Part shown: piece by piece, positions 30,451 through 41,037 of the stretch
How positions within the stretch are numbered: position 1 is the first letter of the stretch
Layout: every line of letters begins with the position of its first letter
Source: Escherichia phage JLBYU22
Direction: 5' to 3' (one strand)
Sequence record: OK272484.1
Length of the DNA: 64,000 nucleotides
The notes under the pieces: generated by a model
The model's input: the letters and a program-made list of their open reading frames with translations, nothing else
Told to the model about the DNA's origin: nothing
Databases searched by the model: none
Made by a program: the position numbers and the translations under genes

Positions 30451-30643
30451 TGCTTATAATTTCAACATCAGCCCAATGACCATAGCAAGGAAGACGAAAT
30501 TCAACTGGCCAGTTAGGGTCCTTTTCTAATATAATAGACTCAACTCGTGGTTCTTCATGTTCATCAGTATATGGATTTTTATCTGTTACTTTATATGTGA
30601 CCTTAATGTACTGAATTCCAAAAATCTTATTAATTATATTCAT
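30437..30643 (-). CDS. Hypothetical 68-aa protein
   Basis: ORF in coupled minus-strand array. Confidence 0.5.
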   Translation of the reverse strand: MNIINKIFGIQYIKVTYKVTDKNPYTDEHEEPRVESIILEKDPNWPVEFRLPCYGHWADVEIISIENV

Positions 30644-30837
30644 ACTAATTCCTTTAATCCGTAGATAGGAGATAATTCATCACCCATACGAAGGTCTTCA
30701 TTTCCATCTACCCAGGAAACAATATAAGCCTCTTTTATTTGAATACCACTCCATTTAAATGGAGGTAGAACCTTAGAAATTAATCCAGGTATACCAACTC
30801 CCTTTAATTCAACAGTTTGACCTAAAAAGAATTTCAT
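30640..30837 (-). CDS. Hypothetical 65-aa protein
   Basis: ORF in coupled minus-strand array. Confidence 0.5.
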   Translation of the reverse strand: MKFFLGQTVELKGVGIPGLISKVLPPFKWSGIQIKEAYIVSWVDGNEDLRMGDELSPIYGLKELV

Positions 30838-31124
30838 TAGAACCTCATCTGAAAACCGTGCGATTTAACATTACCGCCGCCAATATCAGAAATGTTAATT
30901 TCACGCGCAATTGAAGGGTCAATGTCAATTTCGCGATTGAGTTTAGTGATAGCTAAAGTATCACGCCCATTTACAGTACGAAACTCTAAAGGACAAACCA
31001 CATCAACGTAGTTTTTAATCGATTCGCTAGTAGGTTGCAAATGTGCAGGAAGGTCTTTAGGCGACTTTGAGAAAACTACTTCGCAGAAGTTTTTACGGGT
31101 ATCAAAATAAGTAGTCATAAACAT
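30837..31124 (-). CDS. Hypothetical 95-aa protein
   Basis: ORF in coupled minus-strand array. Confidence 0.55.
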   Translation of the reverse strand: MFMTTYFDTRKNFCEVVFSKSPKDLPAHLQPTSESIKNYVDVVCPLEFRTVNGRDTLAITKLNREIDIDPSIAREINISDIGGGNVKSHGFQMRF

Positions 31125-31141
31125 AGTATTTTCCTCAGTAA

Positions 31142-31155
31142 GGGGCCGAAGCCCC
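31142..31155. other. GC hairpin GGGGC-CGAA-GCCCC in the intergenic region
   Basis: Same stem-loop sequence as 10436-10449. Confidence 0.4.
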
Positions 31156-31165
31156 TCATTTTATT

Positions 31166-31531
31166 TTAAATATCAAATTCGTTAAGAACTACATCAAAGA
31201 TTGCTTCAAGATGCTCAGGTTTAGCTCTGTTACTCAGAATATGACGAATCCAAGTTTTAACCAGAAGCTTGCGATTAACGCCATTCCAGCAAGGATGAGT
31301 CCCTAAATCGCGTTGACGAAAATCATCATCCAAAGCGATTTTGAAGTTGGAACCTTCCATTGTGATTGAAACCGTGATGCCATTTTCAAATCGCATATAA
31401 ACGTAGTTAGGAGTCATATACTGTTCAATTTCGCATACTGATCCATTTTGATGTTTCCAAAGGCAAATAGTATCAATAGAACCTGCAATACCATTAGAAA
31501 CATATTTACGTTCAAAGTTGATGTAGTTCAT
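31166..31531 (-). CDS. Hypothetical 121-aa protein
   Basis: ORF; no motif recognised. Confidence 0.55.
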   Translation of the reverse strand: MNYINFERKYVSNGIAGSIDTICLWKHQNGSVCEIEQYMTPNYVYMRFENGITVSITMEGSNFKIALDDDFRQRDLGTHPCWNGVNRKLLVKTWIRHILSNRAKPEHLEAIFDVVLNEFDI

Positions 31532-31599
31532 TTTTATTCTCCGAGATGTTTAATTGCGGTACAGGTATATAATATCATATCCTGTACCAAAGTAAACAA

Positions 31600-31932
31600 T
31601 TATTTTACTACTTTCCAGTGCTGCATGTCAAGTTTACCAACTTTTTTCATCTTCTCAATTAAGCGTTCTGCGCGTTGGCGAGCTGTAACATAATGCCATT
31701 CACCTAATTCATTTTGTTCAATTTTTCCAACGATTACTGTGTTCAATTCATAAATCCAACCAGTAAAGAAATTATGAACTTGAATTGTAAAGGTGAAATC
31801 TGTTCCCATACCTTCTGTTGTTTCTACTTCAATAATATCACCTTCAACTGCCATTAAGAACCACATAGTTTCATCATATTTACCGTTGAAGCATTTAGTT
31901 TTAACTGTAGCGTTCAGATTAATCGTTTTCAT
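31600..31932 (-). CDS. Hypothetical 110-aa protein
   Basis: ORF preceded by GTTTAC-N17-TAGTAT promoter-like element and AAGGAG RBS. Confidence 0.6.
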   Translation of the reverse strand: MKTINLNATVKTKCFNGKYDETMWFLMAVEGDIIEVETTEGMGTDFTFTIQVHNFFTGWIYELNTVIVGKIEQNELGEWHYVTARQRAERLIEKMKKVGKLDMQHWKVVK

Positions 31933-31949
31933 TTTATTCTCCTTTGTTT

Positions 31950-31989
31950 GTGTAAGATAATACTATCACAAAGGAACCATACTGTAAAC
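31950..31989 (-). promoter_or_regulatory. Early promoter-like element (-35 GTTTAC at complement 31984-31989)
   Basis: GTTTAC, 17-18 nt spacer, TAGTAT, then AAGGAG and ATG. Confidence 0.5.
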
Positions 31990-32019
31990 AACTTTGTGCA
32001 ATCTTTGGAAAATAAAAAA

Positions 32020-32037
32020 GGACTCCCGAAGGAGTCC
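32020..32037 (-). terminator. Rho-independent terminator GGACTCC-TTCG-GGAGTCC + T6 downstream of the small basic ORF
   Basis: 7-bp perfect stem followed by TTTTTTATTTT on the minus strand. Confidence 0.8.
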
Positions 32038-32042
32038 TCAAC

Positions 32043-32261
32043 TTATGCTTTCTGCTTACCAAAACGAGAAGCATCATCTCGAAGAACCGCACGTGCTCGG
32101 CGCATGATCTTCTCAACAGTTTGATTGATACGAGAGTTCGACCCACGCTTGTAACCAGCGCGTTTAGAATCACCAACTTTCTTTTCAACTGCTTTCTTTG
32201 CTTTAGCTTGTTTTGCCATTATAAATTCTCTTTTAAATGAAAATGCAGGACTTATTGGCAT
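32043..32261 (-). CDS. Small highly basic protein (58-72 aa; start ambiguous between Met1 and Met15)
   Basis: Lys/Arg-rich ORF immediately upstream of a strong terminator. Confidence 0.5.
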   Translation of the reverse strand: MPISPAFSFKREFIMAKQAKAKKAVEKKVGDSKRAGYKRGSNSRINQTVEKIMRRARAVLRDDASRFGKQKA

Positions 32262-32340
32262 TGCCTGCGCAAGCCCTCAAGGGGAACATAGGTTTTTGGA
32301 TATTTAACGACCAGGATAACCATAAACCTCGTCAACATAA

Positions 32341-32589
32341 TTACTTCAGTGTTACCACAAAGTGACGAACTGCTTTTCGTGCAGCAGAAGCCAGAGGCTT
32401 AGCATATTTAAGTTCATCTTTTTCCTGAAGCTCAGCAGCTAATGCAGTTTGAGCAGGATTCAGATGTTTGAAATAACGCAGGATTTCAAGAGCTTCGGCT
32501 TCAACATCAATAGATGCGCCATAGTTTTCGTGACCATTATTCCATGCGTTTCGTTGCAGTTCAAGAGCGTGTTGTAATTGTTTAATCAT
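32341..32589 (-). CDS. rIII: RIII lysis inhibition accessory protein
   Basis: 82 aa as in T4 RIII; position between the gene 30 cluster and gene 31. Confidence 0.85.
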   Translation of the reverse strand: MIKQLQHALELQRNAWNNGHENYGASIDVEAEALEILRYFKHLNPAQTALAAELQEKDELKYAKPLASAARKAVRHFVVTLK

Positions 32590-32736
32590 TTAAAAATTCT
32601 CGTTAGAGATTAAAACTCGGTAGTCACGTTCTTCTGAATTTCATCTTCTTTCGACAGATCTCTCAGTTGTAGACTACCACATAGAATTGTTCGGTTAACT
32701 TATTATTCCGACACCCAATTCATATTATTATTTATA

Positions 32737-33072
32737 TCACTTATAAAGACACGGAATAGCTTTATAGTGACAGGTAACGAATTTTTGCTTAATTTCTTTT
32801 GGCTGCTTAAGACCCAGAGCTACAAAAGGATGTGGAACGTTTCGAATTTGACCAACTGGAAGAGAAGTCAAATCACCAACTTCACAGAAACCTTCAGGAA
32901 CATCAGGACCAACAGAGTGAATTACACACAGTTCAGGAACTTCACCTTGAACACGTTTACCGATAATAAGTCCTGATTCTGTAACTTCTTCATCACCGGC
33001 TTGTGCAGGTTCAGAAACTAAAATAACATATTCACCGACAGCACGAATTGGTAGCTGTTGTACTTCAGACAT
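32737..33072 (-). CDS. 31: gp31 co-chaperonin (GroES analogue needed for gp23 folding)
   Basis: 111 aa as in T4 gp31. Confidence 0.95.
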   Translation of the reverse strand: MSEVQQLPIRAVGEYVILVSEPAQAGDEEVTESGLIIGKRVQGEVPELCVIHSVGPDVPEGFCEVGDLTSLPVGQIRNVPHPFVALGLKQPKEIKQKFVTCHYKAIPCLYK

Positions 33073-33128
33073 CGTTTTTCCTTTTTGTTAACAGATGAAT
33101 TAATAATAACAAATAATTCTTAAAGCAT

Positions 33129-33437
33129 TTATTTACCAATAAATTGGAGTAAATGCTCAACTTTCATACCATTAACAGAAATCAATTTGTCAATAGAAAA
33201 ACCTCGCCACTCGCCAAGCTCAACATCAAATACTGGAATCATGTCAGTAGATTCTTTCCGAGTAGATTCAGTCAATTTACCGGTTTGCATGGTTGGCATA
33301 AAGTCTGCATCACGAGTACCTTTCATAGTACGAATAGTACCATCAGACTTTTCAAAAACTATGTTTGAAACACCCATGGACAATTTAGTTTTCAAAATTT
33401 CACGAACTGCTACTTTCTGCTCAGTTGTCAGTTTCAT
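33129..33437 (-). CDS. Hypothetical 102-aa protein (T4 31.1 position)
   Basis: ORF; synteny only. Confidence 0.55.
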   Translation of the reverse strand: MKLTTEQKVAVREILKTKLSMGVSNIVFEKSDGTIRTMKGTRDADFMPTMQTGKLTESTRKESTDMIPVFDVELGEWRGFSIDKLISVNGMKVEHLLQFIGK

Positions 33438-33674
33438 TTATTTACCTATCACAGTTTTAATATGAGTTGTTCCACGTTCTTTAAGGGTGGAAAGTAATTT
33501 TTGGCATTTTTCTAAATCAGATTTCCAACTATATGGTCTATCAATACTAGTCCAATCAGTTTTATAATACTGTTTCCATTTAGAGAAAAAATATTTCTTA
33601 TACTCTACAGCAAATGAGATGTTCTCGTTAGAATAAGAACTAATTGCTGTGAGCTTTACCAAACGAAATTTCAT
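33438..33674 (-). CDS. Hypothetical 78-aa protein (T4 31.2 position)
   Basis: ORF; synteny only. Confidence 0.5.
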   Translation of the reverse strand: MKFRLVKLTAISSYSNENISFAVEYKKYFFSKWKQYYKTDWTSIDRPYSWKSDLEKCQKLLSTLKERGTTHIKTVIGK

Positions 33675-34255
33675 TATTCACCACAGAATTCGTTGATATT
33701 TTCCCAGTTTAACTTATTCAAGTTTTTCTTAGGAACATTAAACACTTCAATACCTGCATTTCGCAGAATATCATCCCAGCCAGGTTTATTTTTATCGTAT
33801 GTTTCACAATAAACCAGCTTTTTAATACCAGATTGAGCTATCGCTTTTGCACAATCTGGGCAAGGAGAAAGTGTTACATACATAGTAGCACCTTCAATAG
33901 AAGAACCATTTCGTGCAGCAAACAAAATTGCATTTAGTTCAGCATGAATTTCATTTTTAGATGACCATTCCGAGTGAGCACTACGATGTTCTTTCGCCAA
34001 AACAAAACGATCAGCTGAACCAAATGATACGCATTCAGGCTTATGGCCTTGAATGATAGTATGTTTAGGCTTATTCAACAACCATCCTTGCTCAGCAGCA
34101 TAATCACAACAGTTCACACCCCCTGCGGGTGAACCATTATACCCAGTAGAAATAATACGTCCATTCTTTTCAATTACTGCTCCTACCTTCCAGGAGCAAC
34201 ATTTTGATTCTTGCGATACTAAATATGCAATTTGAAGTACTGTACTCGCTTTCAT
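33674..34255 (-). CDS. cd: dCMP deaminase
   Basis: 193 aa; HAELNAI and PCPDCA zinc-binding motifs of cytidine/dCMP deaminases. Confidence 0.95.
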   Translation of the reverse strand: MKASTVLQIAYLVSQESKCCSWKVGAVIEKNGRIISTGYNGSPAGGVNCCDYAAEQGWLLNKPKHTIIQGHKPECVSFGSADRFVLAKEHRSAHSEWSSKNEIHAELNAILFAARNGSSIEGATMYVTLSPCPDCAKAIAQSGIKKLVYCETYDKNKPGWDDILRNAGIEVFNVPKKNLNKLNWENINEFCGE

Positions 34256-34590
34256 TTCATAATCACCAGATAAGCAGATTTAGCAGTTTCAACACGATAA
34301 ATTTCGTGACGAAGTTTAGTTATACTTTTAATAACAGAACTAATTATATTCTGCCCATCTTTAAAGCGGTTTTTCTTATCAATAAAAATTGCACCAGCCA
34401 TCTTTTTGTGAAGCTCAACTGGATACTTCGTCACAATAATAGCATCATACACAGAAGGATGAATACTATTCACTAGAGTGTCATTCATTAAAGTTATTCT
34501 AATGAACTGAGCTGTTTCAGAGTCAAGCGCTCTATGATCGCCAGTATCATTTTCAAGACAATTATCAATTATATCAGTTAAATTCATCAT
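34252..34590 (-). CDS. Hypothetical 112-aa protein (cd.1 position)
   Basis: ORF coupled to cd. Confidence 0.55.
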   Translation of the reverse strand: MMNLTDIIDNCLENDTGDHRALDSETAQFIRITLMNDTLVNSIHPSVYDAIIVTKYPVELHKKMAGAIFIDKKNRFKDGQNIISSVIKSITKLRHEIYRVETAKSAYLVIMK

Positions 34591-34823
34591 AGTACGCCAT
34601 ACACCCTTTGTGCTTCAACTAATCCATCAAAATCCAATTTGAGATGTGTTATTTGGTCACCATCACCTGGATTCACAATTACTAATACTGAACGAGGAGT
34701 TTCGGTAATAACACGAACCGATGTTTCTGGAAATCGTTCAGAAACCTTATTTACCAATTCCTGAGCAAATAGTTTAACTTTTTCTTGGAATTCTTTAACA
34801 GTAATTGGTTTTTCACTTAGCAT
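34587..34823 (-). CDS. Hypothetical 78-aa protein
   Basis: ORF coupled to neighbour. Confidence 0.5.
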   Translation of the reverse strand: MLSEKPITVKEFQEKVKLFAQELVNKVSERFPETSVRVITETPRSVLVIVNPGDGDQITHLKLDFDGLVEAQRVYGVL

Positions 34824-34885
34824 TTTGTTTTCCTCATTTGTTTTGGTAGAGCTATAATATCACAACTCTACCAAAAAGTAAACTA

Positions 34886-35167
34886 TTAAATTGCCTTGAA
34901 TTCTGATGTCTGTGATTCAAAGCGAATATCGCCTTTGATGACTAGCTCAGCATCAAGACCAAATACGACAATGATATGCGCGGAACCCGGATACAGCGTA
35001 ATTGCAATAGAATCCACCTGGTCTGGAAGCAAAGTGTTCAATACATGAGTCACTTGAGCATGAATTCGAAGCTCGGCTGCGTTATCAAGCTTTTCAAACA
35101 TATTATTAGCGATAATTTGACTAAACACTACTTCTACGATTTTAGAATAAGTCGGAAACATATTCAC
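34886..35167 (-). CDS. Hypothetical 93-aa protein
   Basis: ORF. Confidence 0.5.
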   Translation of the reverse strand: MNMFPTYSKIVEVVFSQIIANNMFEKLDNAAELRIHAQVTHVLNTLLPDQVDSIAITLYPGSAHIIVVFGLDAELVIKGDIRFESQTSEFKAI

Positions 35168-35364
35168 CTCACATAATTTTCTTCAAGCCAATTAATAACA
35201 TCCAACGCATTATCAAAAGTTGAACCATCTACTCTGTCTTCTGTTTCATAATCAAGAACATCTAAGCCTACTCTTCCATCAACAATAGGCCATAAACAAA
35301 ATAGATATTTCTTTTCTTTTTCAATTTTATCACAAAGACGATAAATCTTTTCTATGTTATTCAT
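35164..35364 (-). CDS. Hypothetical 66-aa protein
   Basis: ORF coupled to neighbour. Confidence 0.5.
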   Translation of the reverse strand: MNNIEKIYRLCDKIEKEKKYLFCLWPIVDGRVGLDVLDYETEDRVDGSTFDNALDVINWLEENYVR

Positions 35365-35553
35365 AAGTTTTCCATGGTAAAGGCAGTTTAGTTTTCTTTA
35401 CTGTTAGTTCAACATCAGGATTCTTTTCTCTTAATTTAAGGCATTCCTCCCAAGCTCTGATTTCACTAGTGAAAACACAAAATTGACCATTACTAGTACC
35501 AACTAAACCGCTATTTACAATAACAATAGCCCAAGTTTCATGATGCAAAGCCA

Positions 35554-35554
<1 letters not shown>
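35357..35554 (-). CDS. Hypothetical 65-aa protein
   Basis: ORF. Confidence 0.5.
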
Positions 35555-36757
<1,203 letters not shown>

Positions 36758-36761
<4 letters not shown>

Positions 36762-36988
36762 TTATTTTTCTCAACCAATGATTGAATATAATCATGCAGG
36801 TCTTTAGATGCTTTACCCCACTTATTTTGGTATTCATTTTTAAGATTAGCACGTGATTGAGCTAATAAAACATCATTAGTTGGAGGTAAAGATTCTAATC
36901 GTTGAATCTGACGTCCATAAATCATTGCTGCCATCTCTGATTCATAAATCAATCCTTTGAGATGTTCAAATTGATGCCATGAAATCAT
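36758..36988 (-). CDS. Hypothetical 76-aa protein
   Basis: ORF coupled to neighbours. Confidence 0.5.
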
Positions 36989-37284
36989 TTACATTTATCC
37001 TCTTTTAACTCTTGACGATAATAACATATCATAGTTTTCTGGTCATGTACATATCGTTTTACATCATTAAGCCAAATACGAAATTCCTGGGAATCTTCAA
37101 ATGGCATACCGACCCAAGCTTTACCATCGATAACTTTAACTTGCCAAGATAGTTTAGCTTCGTCATATGACTTTATTTGTACAGGCCAATTAGGATGAAC
37201 TGTTTCTTTCTTTACTTCTAGAGGCTTTGTCGAACAACCAACTAGAAGACCAATAGATAATATTACTGCTGATAGTCTAATCAT
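36985..37284 (-). CDS. Outer-membrane lipoprotein, o-spanin candidate
   Basis: Signal peptide with lipobox LVGC; 4-nt overlap with the upstream i-spanin-like gene. Confidence 0.7.
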   Translation of the reverse strand: MIRLSAVILSIGLLVGCSTKPLEVKKETVHPNWPVQIKSYDEAKLSWQVKVIDGKAWVGMPFEDSQEFRIWLNDVKRYVHDQKTMICYYRQELKEDKCK

Positions 37285-37634
37285 TTAGAAAGGTCCTGGA
37301 TGTCTTCTGCGAACTTGTTGAAGGAGTTGTTGATTTGTTTTTCAACCAATCCTGGCTTATGAGCCACCACATCCGCCTTCTTTGCGTCTTTGCGCAGCTT
37401 TTCATTTTCACGCTCAATAACAGCAATTGCCTCACGATTTTTATTATTCATCGCATCAATATAATTATACTGAATTCGCAAATTATTTAATGCTAAGGCG
37501 TTTTCATTGGCCGTTTTTGTAATTTCTACAACAGACGTTTCTAATCTTTCAATTTTATTTTTTAAAATTAAAGAAGTTCCGCCCAATGCAATTACAATTA
37601 ATAGCAAACCTGCTGTCGTATTACTTAATTGCAT
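37281..37634 (-). CDS. Type II membrane protein with coiled coil, i-spanin candidate
   Basis: N-terminal TM helix (TAGLLLIVIALGGTSLIL) followed by helical Glu/Lys-rich domain. Confidence 0.7.
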   Translation of the reverse strand: MQLSNTTAGLLLIVIALGGTSLILKNKIERLETSVVEITKTANENALALNNLRIQYNYIDAMNNKNREAIAVIERENEKLRKDAKKADVVAHKPGLVEKQINNSFNKFAEDIQDLSK

Positions 37635-38128
37635 AAAGTTTTAATAACCTCTATAATATCGTCTTGAGAAAGACCGTTAATTAAAATATGATGTTCAGCT
37701 GGAGATTTAGAAATTTTAAAGCATGCCTCAACATCTTCTGCCATATCCGATGCACTACGATTTGGATTACTAATACCAAGGCGGTGTTTTCCCGTCAAAG
37801 GATTAACGATGATATAGCATTTGCAGCTATTGATATGAACATTGGGTTGAGTCTGATTAATGAACACTTCACAATCATACTTAGCGAGTTGATTTTCTAA
37901 AAAGACTTTCATCTCTTCAACCGCATCAGGAAGCATATCACGGGCTTGCTCAAGACGACGATTTCGATATTCTTTAATGGTCGTTTTCCGCTTGACTTGC
38001 TTAGCTAAATCTTTCTTAAGATCGGTGATATATCCAACTCGACGATTTCCTTTGAATACAGAAATCCCATCTGTAGTATCACCGTATGCTTCAACGACCA
38101 TTTCAGTAGTAATAAGTTGTAAATCCAT
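37625..38128 (-). CDS. alc: Alc-like protein (transcription termination on cytosine-containing DNA)
   Basis: 167 aa from second Met (track has 168); sits between the spanins and rnlA as alc does in T4; assigned by size and synteny. Confidence 0.65.
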   Translation of the reverse strand: MDLQLITTEMVVEAYGDTTDGISVFKGNRRVGYITDLKKDLAKQVKRKTTIKEYRNRRLEQARDMLPDAVEEMKVFLENQLAKYDCEVFINQTQPNVHINSCKCYIIVNPLTGKHRLGISNPNRSASDMAEDVEACFKISKSPAEHHILINGLSQDDIIEVIKTLCN

Positions 38129-38135
38129 CATAAAG

Positions 38136-38189
38136 TCCTCATGTTATGTCAGTAAGACTACTGTAACACAACACGAGGGACTTGTAAAC
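38136..38189 (-). promoter_or_regulatory. Early promoter-like element plus leader; copy B of the 54-bp repeat
   Basis: 52 of 54 nt identical to 22979-23032; -35 GTTTAC at complement 38184-38189; GAGGA RBS feeds the alc start. Confidence 0.6.
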
Positions 38190-38192
38190 AGC

Positions 38193-39780
<1,588 letters not shown>

Positions 39781-39788
39781 AATAAAAT

Positions 39789-39802
39789 GGGCCTTGCGGC
39801 CC
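39789..39802 (-). other. Hairpin GGGCC-GCAA-GGCCC between the nrdB stop and the denA start, sitting between an AAGGAG and the denA AUG
   Basis: Read directly on the minus strand: TAA-GGAGT-hairpin-ATTTTATT-ATG. Confidence 0.6.
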
Positions 39803-39807
39803 ACTCC

Positions 39808-40986
39808 TTAAAAATATTTTTTAAAACTCATCATAACTTTATCATCAACATCATTATCAATCTGTGCTACAAGGTAAGATGACAGTTCTACTTCTTGCGG
39901 TGCAGATTGAACATTATCAGAATTAAGATATTCACGAATCCAAGGATATGGATGTTTAACCGGAGCATCGGTAATTGGGCATGGAAGACCGCACTGTTTC
40001 ATACGAGATACAGTTAAGTAATCAATAAAGCTCCACATGCTATTTGTATTTAATCCAGGAACATCGCCATCTTTAAATAAATGAACTGCCCAATCTTTTT
40101 CTTGGCGGTTAACTTCCATGAAAATATCAACTGCTTCTTGTTCACACTCTTGAGCAATTTTAACCCATTGATCGCCATCAGTACCAGATTGAAGTTGACG
40201 AATAATATATTGGGTGCCTTTAAGGTGAAGCTGTTCATCGCGTGCAATGAACTTCATAATCTTGGCATTACCTTCCATGATTTCCATGTTCTTATGGAAG
40301 TTAAAGGTACATGCGAAAGATACATAAAAACGAATAGCTTCCAATGCGTTGATTACATGCAAACAGAGGTAAAGAGATTTCATTAGCTCACGCTTCCAAT
40401 ATGTCTCATGCTCAATAGCATCTTCAATAACGTCTTCGTCTGCATTAATTTCTTTTTGGTATTCGATATCAGCTTTAGCGTTTTCCCAATAACGAGTTTT
40501 AATCAGAACATCATCATAATAACGTCCAATGGATTCAGCACGTTTCATAATAGCTTCATCTAATACAATTTCATCAAATACCTTCGATGGATCAGTATAA
40601 AGATTTCGCATGATATGAGTATATGAACGACTGTGAATAGTTTCACTAAAAGTCCATGTAGCAACCCATGTATCAAGGCTTGGGTCTGAAATTAATGACA
40701 TAAGTACAGCAGATGGCGCGCGACCCTGAATGCTATCTAAAAGTGATTGATACTTCAAGTTGTTAGTAAAAATATTTTGCTGATACTGAGGAAGCTTATT
40801 AAACTGTGCAGCATCCATCATCAAGTTTACTTCTTCAGGACGCCAGAAAAATGACAACTGCTTTTCGGTTAAATCTTCAAAAACTTTATGACGTTGAATA
40901 TCATAACGCGCAATACCAAGACCTGAACCAAAAAACATAGGTTCTTTTAAAACATCAACTGGATTTGTATTAAAAACTGTGCTCAT
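39808..40986 (-). CDS. nrdB: Ribonucleotide reductase small subunit, uninterrupted
   Basis: 392-aa continuous ORF; no group I intron. Confidence 0.9.
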   Translation of the reverse strand: MSTVFNTNPVDVLKEPMFFGSGLGIARYDIQRHKVFEDLTEKQLSFFWRPEEVNLMMDAAQFNKLPQYQQNIFTNNLKYQSLLDSIQGRAPSAVLMSLISDPSLDTWVATWTFSETIHSRSYTHIMRNLYTDPSKVFDEIVLDEAIMKRAESIGRYYDDVLIKTRYWENAKADIEYQKEINADEDVIEDAIEHETYWKRELMKSLYLCLHVINALEAIRFYVSFACTFNFHKNMEIMEGNAKIMKFIARDEQLHLKGTQYIIRQLQSGTDGDQWVKIAQECEQEAVDIFMEVNRQEKDWAVHLFKDGDVPGLNTNSMWSFIDYLTVSRMKQCGLPCPITDAPVKHPYPWIREYLNSDNVQSAPQEVELSSYLVAQIDNDVDDKVMMSFKKYF

Positions 40987-41037
40987 AAATTTTCCACTTA
41001 GTTAATAGATAGTGACTCGTCCATGAGTCAAATTATA

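Noticed and set aside
32262-32340. Possible structured RNA in the rIII-downstream spacer
   Set aside because: Only short imperfect inverted repeats (GCAGG...CCTGC, CCCT...GGGG); insufficient to call an ncRNA without covariation or expression data.
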